Of a DNA stretch of 64,000 nt, positions 41,215 through 51,187 are shown piece after piece. A program made the translations under genes and the position numbers. The stretch is from Verrucomicrobiota bacterium (GTDB lineage Bacteria; Verrucomicrobiota; Verrucomicrobiia; Limisphaerales; Palsa-1400). The first letter of the stretch is position 1, and each line of letters begins with the position of its first letter. The notes beneath the pieces were generated by a model, which saw nothing but the letters and a program-made list of their open reading frames with translations, made no database searches and was not told the origin of the DNA. The stretch spans positions 1-64,000 of the forward strand of contig JBEKYR010000020.1 of assembly GCA_049510745.1 (NCBI GenBank). Reading direction: 5' to 3'.

Positions 41215-41877
41215 ATGGATACGCCCCGTCGCCGCACAGAGCCGCCCCACCCCTGGCGCAACGAGATCGAATCGGTTTTGATCTCCCAAGAGCGCCTGGC
41301 CCGCCGCGTCCGCCGCCTGGCTGCCCAGATTCAAAATGATTTTGCCGGACGCGACCTCGTCATCGTCGCCCTGTTGAACGGCACGGTTGTTTTTCTGGCG
41401 GACCTCCTGCGCCGGCTTTCCCTGCCCTTGCGCCTGGATTTCATCGGCGTCTCCAGCTACGGCGGCGGAACCGAATCGGCCGAGCTTGTTTTCACCAAGG
41501 AACTCCGCCTGGACGTCAGCGGTCGCGATGTTCTGGTGGTCGATGATATTTTGGACACGGGCAAAACCCTTTCCCGCGTCACCGCCAAGTTGAGCAAGCT
41601 GCGCCCGAGCCTGATTAAAATCTGCGTCCTCCTGGACAAACCCTCGCGCCGCCTGGAGAAGATCACCGCCGATTACGTCGGGTTCACCATCCCCAATCAC
41701 TTCGTCGTTGGCTACGGGCTGGATTACGCCGAGCGCTATCGCAACCTGCCCTTCGTCGGCGTGCTGCGCCCGGAAATGTTCAACCATCCCGATTTCATTC
41801 CGCTTCTCTCGCCCAAAAAACGGCGCTTGCTCCAGGGAATCGAGGACGAACCGGACAGCGACAGCAGCGGGTCTTGA
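41215..41877 (+). CDS. hpt: Hypoxanthine phosphoribosyltransferase
   Basis: VLVVDDILDTGKT, LLDKP, FVVGYGLDYAERYRNLP. Confidence 0.95.
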   Translation: MDTPRRRTEPPHPWRNEIESVLISQERLARRVRRLAAQIQNDFAGRDLVIVALLNGTVVFLADLLRRLSLPLRLDFIGVSSYGGGTESAELVFTKELRLDVSGRDVLVVDDILDTGKTLSRVTAKLSKLRPSLIKICVLLDKPSRRLEKITADYVGFTIPNHFVVGYGLDYAERYRNLPFVGVLRPEMFNHPDFIPLLSPKKRRLLQGIEDEPDSDSSGS

Positions 41878-41901
41878 CCCCAAAGACCAGCGGATGCTCC
41901 C

Positions 41902-42294
41902 TCAAGTATTGAGGACCTTCATCGCTTTTTTGGCATCCGACACGCGGAGGATCATCAGCCCGCGTTTGGCGTCGGGCGACGTGGCGCAATAGGCGTACAC
42001 GATGTTGATTTTGGCCGCGGCCAGCTTGTGCGCCAATGTGGCCAGCGAACCGGGCTTGTTGTCGCCGGTAATCATCAACACGTCGTCCTCCACCACCAGC
42101 GTCCCGTGCTCTTCAAAGACGAACAGCGCCTTGGCCGGGTCGCTCACGACCAGGCGGATGACGCTGTGATCGACCGTGTCGCTGATGGAAATGGCGTAGA
42201 TGTTGATCTGGGCGGCGGCCAGAGCGTCGCACACCCGCGCGAGCGTGCCGGGCCGATTTTCGAGGAACAGAGCCAATTGTTTTGTTATTTGCAT
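41902..42294 (-). CDS. Tandem ACT domain protein
   Basis: LENRPGTLA and DNKPGSLA ACT repeats. Confidence 0.9.
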   Translation of the reverse strand: MQITKQLALFLENRPGTLARVCDALAAAQINIYAISISDTVDHSVIRLVVSDPAKALFVFEEHGTLVVEDDVLMITGDNKPGSLATLAHKLAAAKINIVYAYCATSPDAKRGLMILRVSDAKKAMKVLNT

Positions 42295-42426
42295 ACTTTA
42301 GAGCCGCCCCGTCGCGGAAACTGGCGTTGCTCGAACCATAACACGCCCTGGCCGATTTGCCAGTTCCGCTTTCCTTTTCATTTTTATTGTCGTCCTCCAA
42401 AGTTTCTGCCATCCTCTTTTTGTCCT

Positions 42427-43296
42427 ATGAGTTTGCCGTCAGCCAATTCAGCCGGGGAACTGGAGGAGAAGCACAGAAAAGCCTTGATCAGCTTGCTGGC
42501 CGATGACGATGCCAGGGTCTATCAGACCGTCCGCGAAACCATCCTTGCCTACGGCCCCGCCTGCTCCGACTGGATGCGCCAGCACACCCTGAGCAACGAT
42601 CCGGTCCTCCGCCGCCGCGCCAACGAAATTGTCCATCACTTCGCCCGGCAGGATGCGGACACGCAGTTTTTGGCCTTTTGCCTCAATCAAGGCGAAGATT
42701 TCGACCTCGAACAAGGCGTCCTGCTCCTGGCCCGCACCCAATACCCGGCCATCAATCCGGAAGCCTATTCCGCCCTGCTCGATGATTTTGCCGGCCAATT
42801 GCGGGAGCGGCTGGATTTGCACGGCTCCGCCGATCAAATCCTGCGCACCATCAACGATTACCTGTTCCGTGAATTGAAGTTCGCCGGCGACGAACAGAAT
42901 CCCTGCGATCCGGAAAACAGCTATTTCAACTGCGTGCTCGACCGCCGCCTCGGCAATTCCATCAGCTTGAGCCTGCTTTTTTTATTGGTGGGCCGCCGGC
43001 TGCGTCTGCCCGTCGCGGGCGTCGGTTTGCCGGGGAATTTTCTTTGCCGCTACCAATCCAGCCGGGCGGAGATTTACGTGGACGCCTTTCACGGCGGACG
43101 GCTGCTGGCCAAGGCGGATTGCATCAGGCACGTCCTGCAATTGGGCCAGCGTTTCGATGACAGTTGCCTGGCGCCGGTCAGCGCCCGGCGCATCCTCCTG
43201 CGCATCTGCGCCCAGCTCCATCAAATCTACAACCAGCAAAAGTCGCCCGTCCAAGTCGAACGCTTGCAGCGTTATTTGGTTGCCCTGGCCAAATAG
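42427..43296 (+). CDS. SirB1-like / transglutaminase-core2 family protein
   Basis: P.NSY.N.VLDRR.G..ISL, GVGLPGNF, YVDAF.GG. Confidence 0.85.
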   Translation: MSLPSANSAGELEEKHRKALISLLADDDARVYQTVRETILAYGPACSDWMRQHTLSNDPVLRRRANEIVHHFARQDADTQFLAFCLNQGEDFDLEQGVLLLARTQYPAINPEAYSALLDDFAGQLRERLDLHGSADQILRTINDYLFRELKFAGDEQNPCDPENSYFNCVLDRRLGNSISLSLLFLLVGRRLRLPVAGVGLPGNFLCRYQSSRAEIYVDAFHGGRLLAKADCIRHVLQLGQRFDDSCLAPVSARRILLRICAQLHQIYNQQKSPVQVERLQRYLVALAK

Positions 43297-44456
43297 GCGC
43301 GGCGGCGGCCCGTCAACCCGGCCCTCCGCCATTGCTGCTGCGCCACGAACGGGTCCGCCCATCCGAGAATGAAACGGGCCAGTTTGGCCTGGAAACGGTC
43401 CCAAAAAGTCCTCGACTTCAGCCAACTCGCCTGGTCGATCCGCCGGCAATGCGCCAGGTCCCCGTCGAAGATTTCGCCCGCCTCCCGCGCCAGCCCGGCA
43501 TCGGCCAGCCGCGCCATCAACTCGTAATTAATTCCCAAACTGCGCCGGTCCAGGTTGGCCGAGCCGGCATAGACGATATTGTCAATTAAAAACATCTTCG
43601 CGTGCAGGATTTGCGGCTCGTACTCGTGAATCTCCACCCCGGCCCGCAAGAGCCGCCGGTAAAAACTCTGCGCCGCCAGCCGCGCCAACGGCACGTCCGA
43701 TTTGCCCGGCAGGATCAATTGCACCCGCCCGTCCCGCCGCGCCAGCCGCGCCAGCTCCCGCCGGATTTCCCACGGCGGCAGAAAATAGGGCGACATGATG
43801 CGGACCTGCCGCGCTTGCTTCAGGTCGTCGCGCAAGGCCCGCTTGATCGGGTTGTTGCGGCCGGGGCCGCCCAGGAGCAATTGCGCCTTCGGCCCTCCCA
43901 CCGCTCCCACCGGTTTCCGCCGCCTTGAAAACAGGCGCTGCCTGAAATCCGCCTGGGCGAACATGTCGTCGAACGCCGCCGCCAGTTCCTGCGCCATCGG
44001 CCCGCGCACCTCCAGCCCCAATTCGCGCCAGCCGCCCGTCACGCCATCTCCGTGATGCTCCACCGCGATATTGAAGCTTCCGATGAATCCGGCCGTCCGA
44101 TCGCAGACCAGGAGCTTCCTATGGTCCCGGATGCTCCAGCGATGCAAACTCATCGGATTAAACCACCGGAATTCTCCGCCACAGGCGCGCAATCCCTCCC
44201 AGTAAGACTCCGGCAAAGTCAGCGAACCCCCGGCATCGACCAGCACTTGCACGCGCACGCCGCGCCGACGAGCCTCAATCAAGGCTTGGCGGCATGGTTC
44301 GGTGGCCGGGCTGGCGTCAAAAAAATACACTTCCAGCCGCACCGATTCGCGCGCGTTCGCAATCGCGGCCAGCATCCTGTCCAGCGCATCCCGGCCGGTT
44401 TTCAGCCAGGTGAATTGCCCCTCGGCCTGTGAACTCATCATTTCCCTTGATTTCAT
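43272..44456 (-). CDS. cls: Cardiolipin synthase-like phospholipase D (ClsB type)
   Basis: Two HKD motifs HRKLLVCD and HAKMFLID, GSANLD; ATG overlaps the gluQ stop. Confidence 0.9.
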   Translation of the reverse strand: MKSREMMSSQAEGQFTWLKTGRDALDRMLAAIANARESVRLEVYFFDASPATEPCRQALIEARRRGVRVQVLVDAGGSLTLPESYWEGLRACGGEFRWFNPMSLHRWSIRDHRKLLVCDRTAGFIGSFNIAVEHHGDGVTGGWRELGLEVRGPMAQELAAAFDDMFAQADFRQRLFSRRRKPVGAVGGPKAQLLLGGPGRNNPIKRALRDDLKQARQVRIMSPYFLPPWEIRRELARLARRDGRVQLILPGKSDVPLARLAAQSFYRRLLRAGVEIHEYEPQILHAKMFLIDNIVYAGSANLDRRSLGINYELMARLADAGLAREAGEIFDGDLAHCRRIDQASWLKSRTFWDRFQAKLARFILGWADPFVAQQQWRRAGLTGRRRAYLARATK

Positions 44457-45325
44457 TGGATTTGCGGTGGGTTCGATCCCCGCCACCCTTGCCGGATCGC
44501 CTCGGGCGTCAGCCCTTTTTCCCGCAACGTTCGCAGGCTGGCGGCGTCCTCGCGCTTGGCCAGGCGCACTCCGGCCTCATTGGTGACCAGGGGACAATGA
44601 TAAAATGCCGGCGGCTCCAAACTCAGCGCCCGATATAGCAACAACTGCCGCGCCGTCGAGAGCAGCAAATCCGCCCCCCGCACCACTTCCGTAATCCCCA
44701 TCGCCGCGTCGTCGAGCACGACCGCCAGTTGATATGACGGCACAGCGTCGTGCCGCCAGACCACAAAATCGCCAAAGTCCTTCCCCGCCACGAATCGCTG
44801 CGCTCCGAAACCGCCGTCTTCAAACTCAATCGCCGCGCCCTCCGGCACGCGAAACCGCCAATTCGGCGGACGCTTCCCGCCGCGCGGCGCCGTCCGCCCG
44901 GACGCTCCGGGCGCGGGCCGGCAGGTTCCGGGATAAAGGGGTTCCTCCTCGCCCGCGTGGGGCGCCTGCAACGCCCGCCGCACATCCCGGCGCGAGCAGT
45001 GACACGGATACACCCAGCCGCCCGCCCGCAACCGTTCAAATCCTGTCAAATAAAACTCTCGCCGTTCGCTTTGCGCGTAGGGGCCGCGCGGCCCCCCGCA
45101 ATCCGGCCCTTCCTGCCAGCGCAGCCCGAACCACCGCAAATCCTCGAGCATCGCCGCGGCGAATTCCGGGCGCGACCGGCTGGCGTCCAGGTCTTCGTTG
45201 CGCAGAATCAGCGTCCCGCCCGCCGCCCGCGCGCGCTCCGACGCCGTCCAAAAAGTCCGCGCATGGCCCGCATGGAGGAAACCGGTGGGGGAAGGCGCCA
45301 ATCGGCCGCGGTAGGCGGAAGCCAT
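44453..45325 (-). CDS. gluQ: Glutamyl-Q tRNA(Asp) synthetase
   Basis: RLAPSPTG.LH.GH, YPCHCSR, YPGTC, YQLAVV.DD, RGADL, RLAKR; no anticodon domain. Confidence 0.92.
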   Translation of the reverse strand: MASAYRGRLAPSPTGFLHAGHARTFWTASERARAAGGTLILRNEDLDASRSRPEFAAAMLEDLRWFGLRWQEGPDCGGPRGPYAQSERREFYLTGFERLRAGGWVYPCHCSRRDVRRALQAPHAGEEEPLYPGTCRPAPGASGRTAPRGGKRPPNWRFRVPEGAAIEFEDGGFGAQRFVAGKDFGDFVVWRHDAVPSYQLAVVLDDAAMGITEVVRGADLLLSTARQLLLYRALSLEPPAFYHCPLVTNEAGVRLAKREDAASLRTLREKGLTPEAIRQGWRGSNPPQIQ

Positions 45326-46410
45326 TATCGTTGGATGCGCGCCGAGCCGCCCTTCATCACGTGCATCACTTCCTCCAGCCCCACCTGTGAAGTGTCGCCG
45401 CGCGTGCTTTGCAGCAACGCCCCGTGCGCCGCGGCAAAATTGACGATCTGCTCCGGCTCCATCCCTTTGCTGAAGCCGTAGGCGATGCCGCTGGAAAAAC
45501 CGTCCCCGCCCCCGACCCGGTCCTCGATTTCCAGGTCCTTGAACGGCCGCGCCTCGTAAAACTGCCCGTCGTGCCACAGGATGCCGCCCCAATTGTTGAC
45601 CAGCCCGCTCTTGACCTCCCGCAGCGTCGTGCAGACGGCCTGGATGTTGGGGAACGTTTTCACCACGCGCAGCACCATCCGTTTGTAAGCCTCCACCGGC
45701 AATTCGCGCAAATCCGCCGTCGTGCCTTCGACTTCAAAGCCGAGCGCCTTTTGAAAATCCTCCTCGTTGCCGATCAACACCTGCACGTGCGGGATGATCT
45801 CGCGCGTCACCGCGATGGCCTTCTGGCTGCTCCACAGTTTGCCGCGGAAATTCAGGTCGTAACTCGTCACCGTCCCCGCCGCGCGCGCCGCCTGCAACGC
45901 CGCCTTCGTCACCGCCGCGCTGTGCTCCGACAGCGACGCCAGAATGCCGCCGGTGTGCAGCCAGACAGCGCCCTGTTCCTGGAAAATTTTCGGGAAATTG
46001 ATTTCATCCGGCCGCATCAGGCTGATCGAGGAATGGCCCCGGTCGTACATCGTCACGCTGGCCCGCACGCCGGTGCCGACCTCGGTGAAATTCAGCCCGA
46101 CCCGGCCGGCGCAGCCGACGCCGTCAAATTTCTCCAGCAACACATTGGAAACATCCAGGCCGACGGCGCGGGCATGATTGAGAATGATGCGCGCCACCGG
46201 GTTATCGGGCAGCTTGCTGACGAACCCGGCGCGCAACCCCAGGCGCGCGCAAGCGTAAGCCACATTGAATTCGCCGCCGCCGACATCGACTTCCAACACC
46301 CTGGCAAACTCGATGCGGCCATGGCCGGGCGGCGCCAGGCGAACCATGCACTCGCCGAGAGCCAGGATGTCGAATTTGCACTTCGCGGAGTCACGCAGTT
46401 GAATAGACAT
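45325..46410 (-). CDS. kdgK: 2-keto-3-deoxygluconate kinase-like PfkB kinase
   Basis: GGGEFNVA, SYDLNFR..LW, GNEED, DRVGGGDGF. Confidence 0.85.
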   Translation of the reverse strand: MSIQLRDSAKCKFDILALGECMVRLAPPGHGRIEFARVLEVDVGGGEFNVAYACARLGLRAGFVSKLPDNPVARIILNHARAVGLDVSNVLLEKFDGVGCAGRVGLNFTEVGTGVRASVTMYDRGHSSISLMRPDEINFPKIFQEQGAVWLHTGGILASLSEHSAAVTKAALQAARAAGTVTSYDLNFRGKLWSSQKAIAVTREIIPHVQVLIGNEEDFQKALGFEVEGTTADLRELPVEAYKRMVLRVVKTFPNIQAVCTTLREVKSGLVNNWGGILWHDGQFYEARPFKDLEIEDRVGGGDGFSSGIAYGFSKGMEPEQIVNFAAAHGALLQSTRGDTSQVGLEEVMHVMKGGSARIQR

Positions 46411-46927
46411 AAGATGCGCGGTGGATTGTATGTCCGCCTCCAGAATTGGCAAGGCGTTCTCAGGACAGGCGTTTTTACGTTCTTACGTTCTTACGGGGCG
46501 CATCGGTCGGTGGCCGGTCGTTTGCAGTTCCATGATAAAATCTTGCGGGGCCTACGCGTACGCCGCCAAGCGATACGTCGCCAAAGAACAGGACATGCCG
46601 GAAATGGAACATAAGCGGCCGTCCCACAAAGAGCGCCCTCATTTACCTGACGCCAAACGGTCGCAAGCCTAATTCGCTCGACGAGGTGACGCTAAGAATG
46701 TATGAAGTAAACGGGCGGCTAAAATGCTGGAATTATCACGTTGAACTTCGGAATTGGTTGGAGGATTGCCAGCGCGAGTGCGAGGCAGAAAAGATTAGAT
46801 ATTATTTGAGAGCTTTTCTTGGCTCGGCAAGGAGACAGCCCATAGGCTGGAATTGGCAAAATTGATGTGTTTTTGAACTTGAAAGCACGCAGGAAAACGG
46901 ATAAATTATCGCAGTCTCACAAAAATT

Positions 46928-47776
46928 ATGAATAGGCCACGACTCAACCGGGTGCATGAGGCCGGCGGGAAATTCAGGAGTTCTCCAATGCCGGAAAACG
47001 AAGCGTCGGGCCGGCGCAAAGGCGGATTTACCCTGATCGAATTGCTGGTGGTCATTGCCATCATCGCGATTCTGGCGGCCCTGCTGTTGCCCGCCCTGGC
47101 CAAGACCAAATCCGAGGCGAATCGCGCCACGTGCAAGAGCAACGAGAAGCAACAACTCGTGGCGCTGGCCATGTACGCGGGCGAAAACAAGGACAATCTT
47201 CCGACCAGCTTCAGTGGCTATTGGGCGCATGACATGTCCGCCAATGTCTGCCAGGCCATGACCGCCAATGGCGCCGCTTACAAAATCTGGTATGATCCCG
47301 GCGACATCGGGAATTCGTCCGTCAATCTCCTGAAAGAATGGACCAACTGGAATTTCCTCGGTTATTCGCAAGTGGGCTATGCTCAAACTTTTCCCGGCAC
47401 GGCTTCCTACAGCACATACGGGTCATGGCCATTTCAAACCAACCTTAATGCCAAACTGAGCGAGAGTACGGTATCTTACCAGGGCCAAAGCTTGCAGATT
47501 AGCCTCGCCACCCGTCCGCAGTTGGCATGCGAACTGCTTACTGCGCTCACGTCTGCTCCCCCCGCTCCCATGACCATTAGCCTGCGGGATGGATATAAGT
47601 GGAATGGGCTGATCGGGGGGGAGTACACCTATACCACTTCCCACATGTCGAGTCCGGTAAGGCCCGCTGGCGTCAATATTGGAATGATAGACGCCCACGT
47701 CGAATGGCGCCCTTTTAATTCCCCGTTAATTCAGCCTCGGGCGGGCGATTCGACTGCTCCGGTTTACTTTTACTAA
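46928..47776 (+). CDS. Prepilin-type N-terminal cleavage/methylation protein with H-X9-DG-like tail
   Basis: [27 protein letters not shown]...[13 protein letters not shown]; start may be 46988. Confidence 0.9.
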   Translation: MNRPRLNRVHEAGGKFRSSPMPENEASGRRKGGFTLIELLVVIAIIAILAALLLPALAKTKSEANRATCKSNEKQQLVALAMYAGENKDNLPTSFSGYWAHDMSANVCQAMTANGAAYKIWYDPGDIGNSSVNLLKEWTNWNFLGYSQVGYAQTFPGTASYSTYGSWPFQTNLNAKLSESTVSYQGQSLQISLATRPQLACELLTALTSAPPAPMTISLRDGYKWNGLIGGEYTYTTSHMSSPVRPAGVNIGMIDAHVEWRPFNSPLIQPRAGDSTAPVYFY

Positions 47777-47789
47777 TCAGGTGACTTCT

Positions 47790-48060
47790 TAAATACACCG
47801 ACGTATCATTGTCAAGACCAAATTCTCCGTCGTTATCAAATCCCAATTGAAGCGAAGCGGTTGTGCCGGAGGCGGTGACGTTGAACAGCAAGTTTGTCCA
47901 ACCAAAAGCGGACCTGTTTGAGCCGTCAGAAAGAACGCTGCCGTTCCACGAAACCAGAAACTCGTTCGGCGTGGAGCCATGGTAATTGTTGAGCCACAAA
48001 GAGAGCCAATAACCCGCGCCCGGGGTGGTGGTGATCGTTTGGGAAAGATATTCCCGCTCT
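47790..48060 (-). pseudogene. Fragment of a beta-sandwich (carbohydrate-binding-like) domain
   Basis: YLSQTITTTPGAGYWLSLWL...NEFLVSWNG...GWTNLLF.V.A...L.LGF...FGLD, with no credible start or signal peptide. Confidence 0.65.
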
Positions 48061-48222
48061 CCGGCAGGCGCACGCCTCCGCGTCGAGAACAAGGAGAGTT
48101 TCGCACATCAGAAGAATCCCCGCGGCTTCATAATGGCGCAAAAAGAAATGCACAAAGCCCGGTTGCCCGGCTTGAAGTCAATCAGGTGAGATGATCCGCT
48201 GGAGATTTTCGGCCGGACTCGT

Positions 48223-50517
48223 TTATGGTCCAGGCGGCGTGGCCGGCCCGCGCCACACGCTTCCGCCGAAAGTCGTGACATGGATCACGGCGTCGTTGGC
48301 GGGATCGAACTCGACTCGCTGGATGTTCGAGAAAGGCAACTCATCGAAGGCCCGCCAGGTCTTCCCGTTGTCGCGTGAGAGCCAGAGGCCGGCGCCGGGA
48401 GCGTCTTCGGTCAGGGTCATGTAAATCCAGCCATCGTGATTCGGGTGGAAATAGCCGCCAAAAGTCTGCGGGCCTTCGCGCCCTATGCGCTGCCAGGTTT
48501 GGCCGCCGTCCTCGGTGAGATAGAGGCCGCCGGATTGGTCGCCCCGGCCGGCGTCCGCCGCGCCCAGCAGGATTCGCCGGCTGTTATGGGGATCTACGGA
48601 AAAGTCCTTGGGATAAAGCAAGGGCTTGGAGGCATTGATCTTTTCCCAGGTTTCCGCCCCGTCTTTGGAACGATAGAGGCCGGTGCCTTCGGACATAAGA
48701 GGCTGGCCGGACGCGGGCCGCTTGGCGCAGATGACGGCGAACAGTGTGCCGTCGTGGTGGAGAATTACACGATACACGCGCATGTTGTCGGGATGGCCCA
48801 GGCCGCTTTTCTTGAGTGTCCAAGTCTTGCCGTCGTCGGTGGACTTGAAGACGCCTTCGTCAAACACGCCGGCATAGAGCGTGCGTGCTTTCTTCGGACT
48901 GGCGGGGTCAAGCACGATGGAAGTCACCGGTTTGCGCGGAAGTCCTTCCGTCTGGCTTTTCCACGACACGGCGAAGTCCGTCGAGAGGCAGACACCGCCG
49001 GGACGCTCATGCCCGTGGCGCTCGGAAATAATGTTGTCGTTGGGGATGTCATGCACGTCGGAGAATGCACCCCATATCTTGCCGGGCGTTTCGGGGTCAA
49101 ACGCCATCTCGTAACAGGTGTTCCGCCACGGCGACCATGACTTGGGGTCCCACCAAATCCAGCTCTTGCCGTCGTCGGTGGAGCGGGCCATCCCGATGTC
49201 GGTATAGCAGATGTATTGGCGGTTGGGTTCCAACGGATCAATGTAGAAATGCCAAGTGGTCGTAACGACCAAGCCGTTGCAAACCCAGGCGGAGCCCGGA
49301 CCGGGCTTCTGGCCGGGCGCCGGATAAGTGTGTCCGCCGAACCACGTCGCGCCTCCATCATGGGTGATGTGCGGCTCGTTGCGCACCAGGATGACCCGGT
49401 TGGGATCGGTGTTGCAGATGGCCACGCCGAAGGGCCTCTCGCCGCCCTTAAAGGATTGCCCGCACGAGGCAGTTTCCCAATTCGGCGCGACATTGTAGCG
49501 CTGGAAACGCGGATCCTCAAAGTAAGTCGCGCGCCATGTTTCGCCGCCGTCGTCGCTGCGGTACACCGTGTCGCTGTGCGGCGGGTGGAAGCCGGTGCTG
49601 GTGTTGAAGGCATAGACGGTGAGAGGTTTGGCGTCGGTCGCCAGCAATTGGTTGTATTGCGAAATGGAACCGTAGGCCCACTGGTCGGCCTTCTTCGTTT
49701 CAGTGTTTAGTCCCTGGCCCATCGCAGATTCCCAGGTTTCGCCCCGATCCCGCGAGCGGTAGAGGCCGCCCTTGAAGGCGCCGTTCTCGTCCTTGCTGCG
49801 GATGGAGCAGTACAGCATCACCATCTTCCCCGCCGCGTCAGAACCGCCGGCGAAACCCTGAAGCTCCTTCCACGGCAGTCCCTTGGTTTTCTCCAACCAC
49901 GTTTGGCCGCCGTCGTCGGATCGCCAGATGCCCCGGTCTGTGGCAGCGAACAGCGCTTGGCCCTGCCGGGTGCGGTCAAAATGAAAGGTGATCACCTGGC
50001 CCGCCGGCCCCTGGCACGCGGCCCACGTTTCCCCCGCATCGCGCGAGAGCCAGCAGCGGCCGTTGCGCGAGCCGGCCAACATGATCTTGGCATCCGACGG
50101 ATTGATCGCGATTTCTCCGGCCAGCGAATCCCTGAGATTGCCGATGGACGCGAACGTCTTGCCCCGGTCACGGCTGATCTTGAGTCGTCCCCCGGAGGAG
50201 GCGTAGATGATGTTCGGGTCGGTTGGGTGAAAAGCCGGACGGCAGGCCGTATCGCTGTGAAGTTGCGCGTGGGTGATCATGCGCCAGTTGCGGCCGCCGT
50301 CTTCCGAGATGTAGGCGGCGCTCATGTCGCAATTCAACATCATCAAGTTCGGGTCCGCCGGAGAAATCGAGGGACTGAACATGGCGCCGCCACCGGAGAT
50401 GCCAATGGGTTGCCAGGAAGGGGGCTGGGCCGGCGAATTGGCCGGGAGGAGTCCGCCGAGCAGGCAGAGCCCAAGCGAAAGGTGCTTCAAATAAGAACAA
50501 AAGGTCAGGGATTTCAT
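48223..50517 (-). CDS. Secreted BNR/Asp-box beta-propeller protein (GH74/sortilin-like)
   Basis: Many S.DGG.TW Asp-boxes; N-terminal GGGAM...CDMS. Confidence 0.85.
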   Translation of the reverse strand: MKSLTFCSYLKHLSLGLCLLGGLLPANSPAQPPSWQPIGISGGGAMFSPSISPADPNLMMLNCDMSAAYISEDGGRNWRMITHAQLHSDTACRPAFHPTDPNIIYASSGGRLKISRDRGKTFASIGNLRDSLAGEIAINPSDAKIMLAGSRNGRCWLSRDAGETWAACQGPAGQVITFHFDRTRQGQALFAATDRGIWRSDDGGQTWLEKTKGLPWKELQGFAGGSDAAGKMVMLYCSIRSKDENGAFKGGLYRSRDRGETWESAMGQGLNTETKKADQWAYGSISQYNQLLATDAKPLTVYAFNTSTGFHPPHSDTVYRSDDGGETWRATYFEDPRFQRYNVAPNWETASCGQSFKGGERPFGVAICNTDPNRVILVRNEPHITHDGGATWFGGHTYPAPGQKPGPGSAWVCNGLVVTTTWHFYIDPLEPNRQYICYTDIGMARSTDDGKSWIWWDPKSWSPWRNTCYEMAFDPETPGKIWGAFSDVHDIPNDNIISERHGHERPGGVCLSTDFAVSWKSQTEGLPRKPVTSIVLDPASPKKARTLYAGVFDEGVFKSTDDGKTWTLKKSGLGHPDNMRVYRVILHHDGTLFAVICAKRPASGQPLMSEGTGLYRSKDGAETWEKINASKPLLYPKDFSVDPHNSRRILLGAADAGRGDQSGGLYLTEDGGQTWQRIGREGPQTFGGYFHPNHDGWIYMTLTEDAPGAGLWLSRDNGKTWRAFDELPFSNIQRVEFDPANDAVIHVTTFGGSVWRGPATPPGP

Positions 50518-50524
50518 TTCTTTC

Positions 50525-50965
50525 TCACTTGGGCATTCCATCGGCGCGAAACCCGCCCGGCGGCAGCATCTCTCCGGACGCGAGACGACAGGGCGTGGTT
50601 CCAAAATTGGCGGTGATCGTGACCCCGTTGGCGAAGACTGTCTGCTGGACGTTCCGATCCGCAGTCAGGAAACGGTGGTCCGTCATTTCTGAGTAACCTG
50701 CGGCGCGAACATAGGGGCATGTGTTCGTGTAACTTTGCACGAACCTGGCCTCGCAGGCCACGCCCGTGCGGTCCTCGAAAAACCCCGACCATCCCAGTGG
50801 AAACTGCTGCTCGGCCTGGCCGCGGAAGGCATATCCGACGGCGTAAATTCCCAGCTCATCGAGATCCATCACCGGCAGGTCGGGACTGACGGCTGGTTGC
50901 GCCTTGGCCGAGGTCACCAAGGCGGGGACGGTCAGGAAAATCAGCGCCCGGCGGATAGCCTTCAT
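50525..50965 (-). pseudogene. Internally deleted secreted glycoside hydrolase-like gene
   Basis: Signal peptide and N-terminal stub joined to EMTDHRFLT.DR.VQQT.FANG..IT.NFG, which resembles the C-terminus of large GH129/GH101-like proteins. Confidence 0.6.
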
Positions 50966-51187
50966 ACGTTTCAACGCCAGAGTATCCCAAGTCGGCAATG
51001 GGTAGCAAGAAATGAGAGGTTTACTCAATGCCAAATAGGAGCAAGCCCTTGGTGGCGCAACTCTTGAAGATCAGTTCCCGCCAATGCGCCGCCCCCGATA
51101 CCAGGCTTCATTAACCCCATGACGTGAGGGGCGAGAACAACGTGATCGAGCGATTAGCCGCCATTGAGACCAGACGACGGCACGTCG

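Noticed and set aside
46500..46530. attR copy of the tRNA-Pro 3' end
   Set aside because: Only a short ggtcgg match, not distinguishable from chance
46850..46910. c-di-GMP riboswitch or sigma54 promoter before the prepilin-like gene
   Set aside because: GGCAAA/GAAA words are present but the stems do not form, and the -12 position is GT rather than GC
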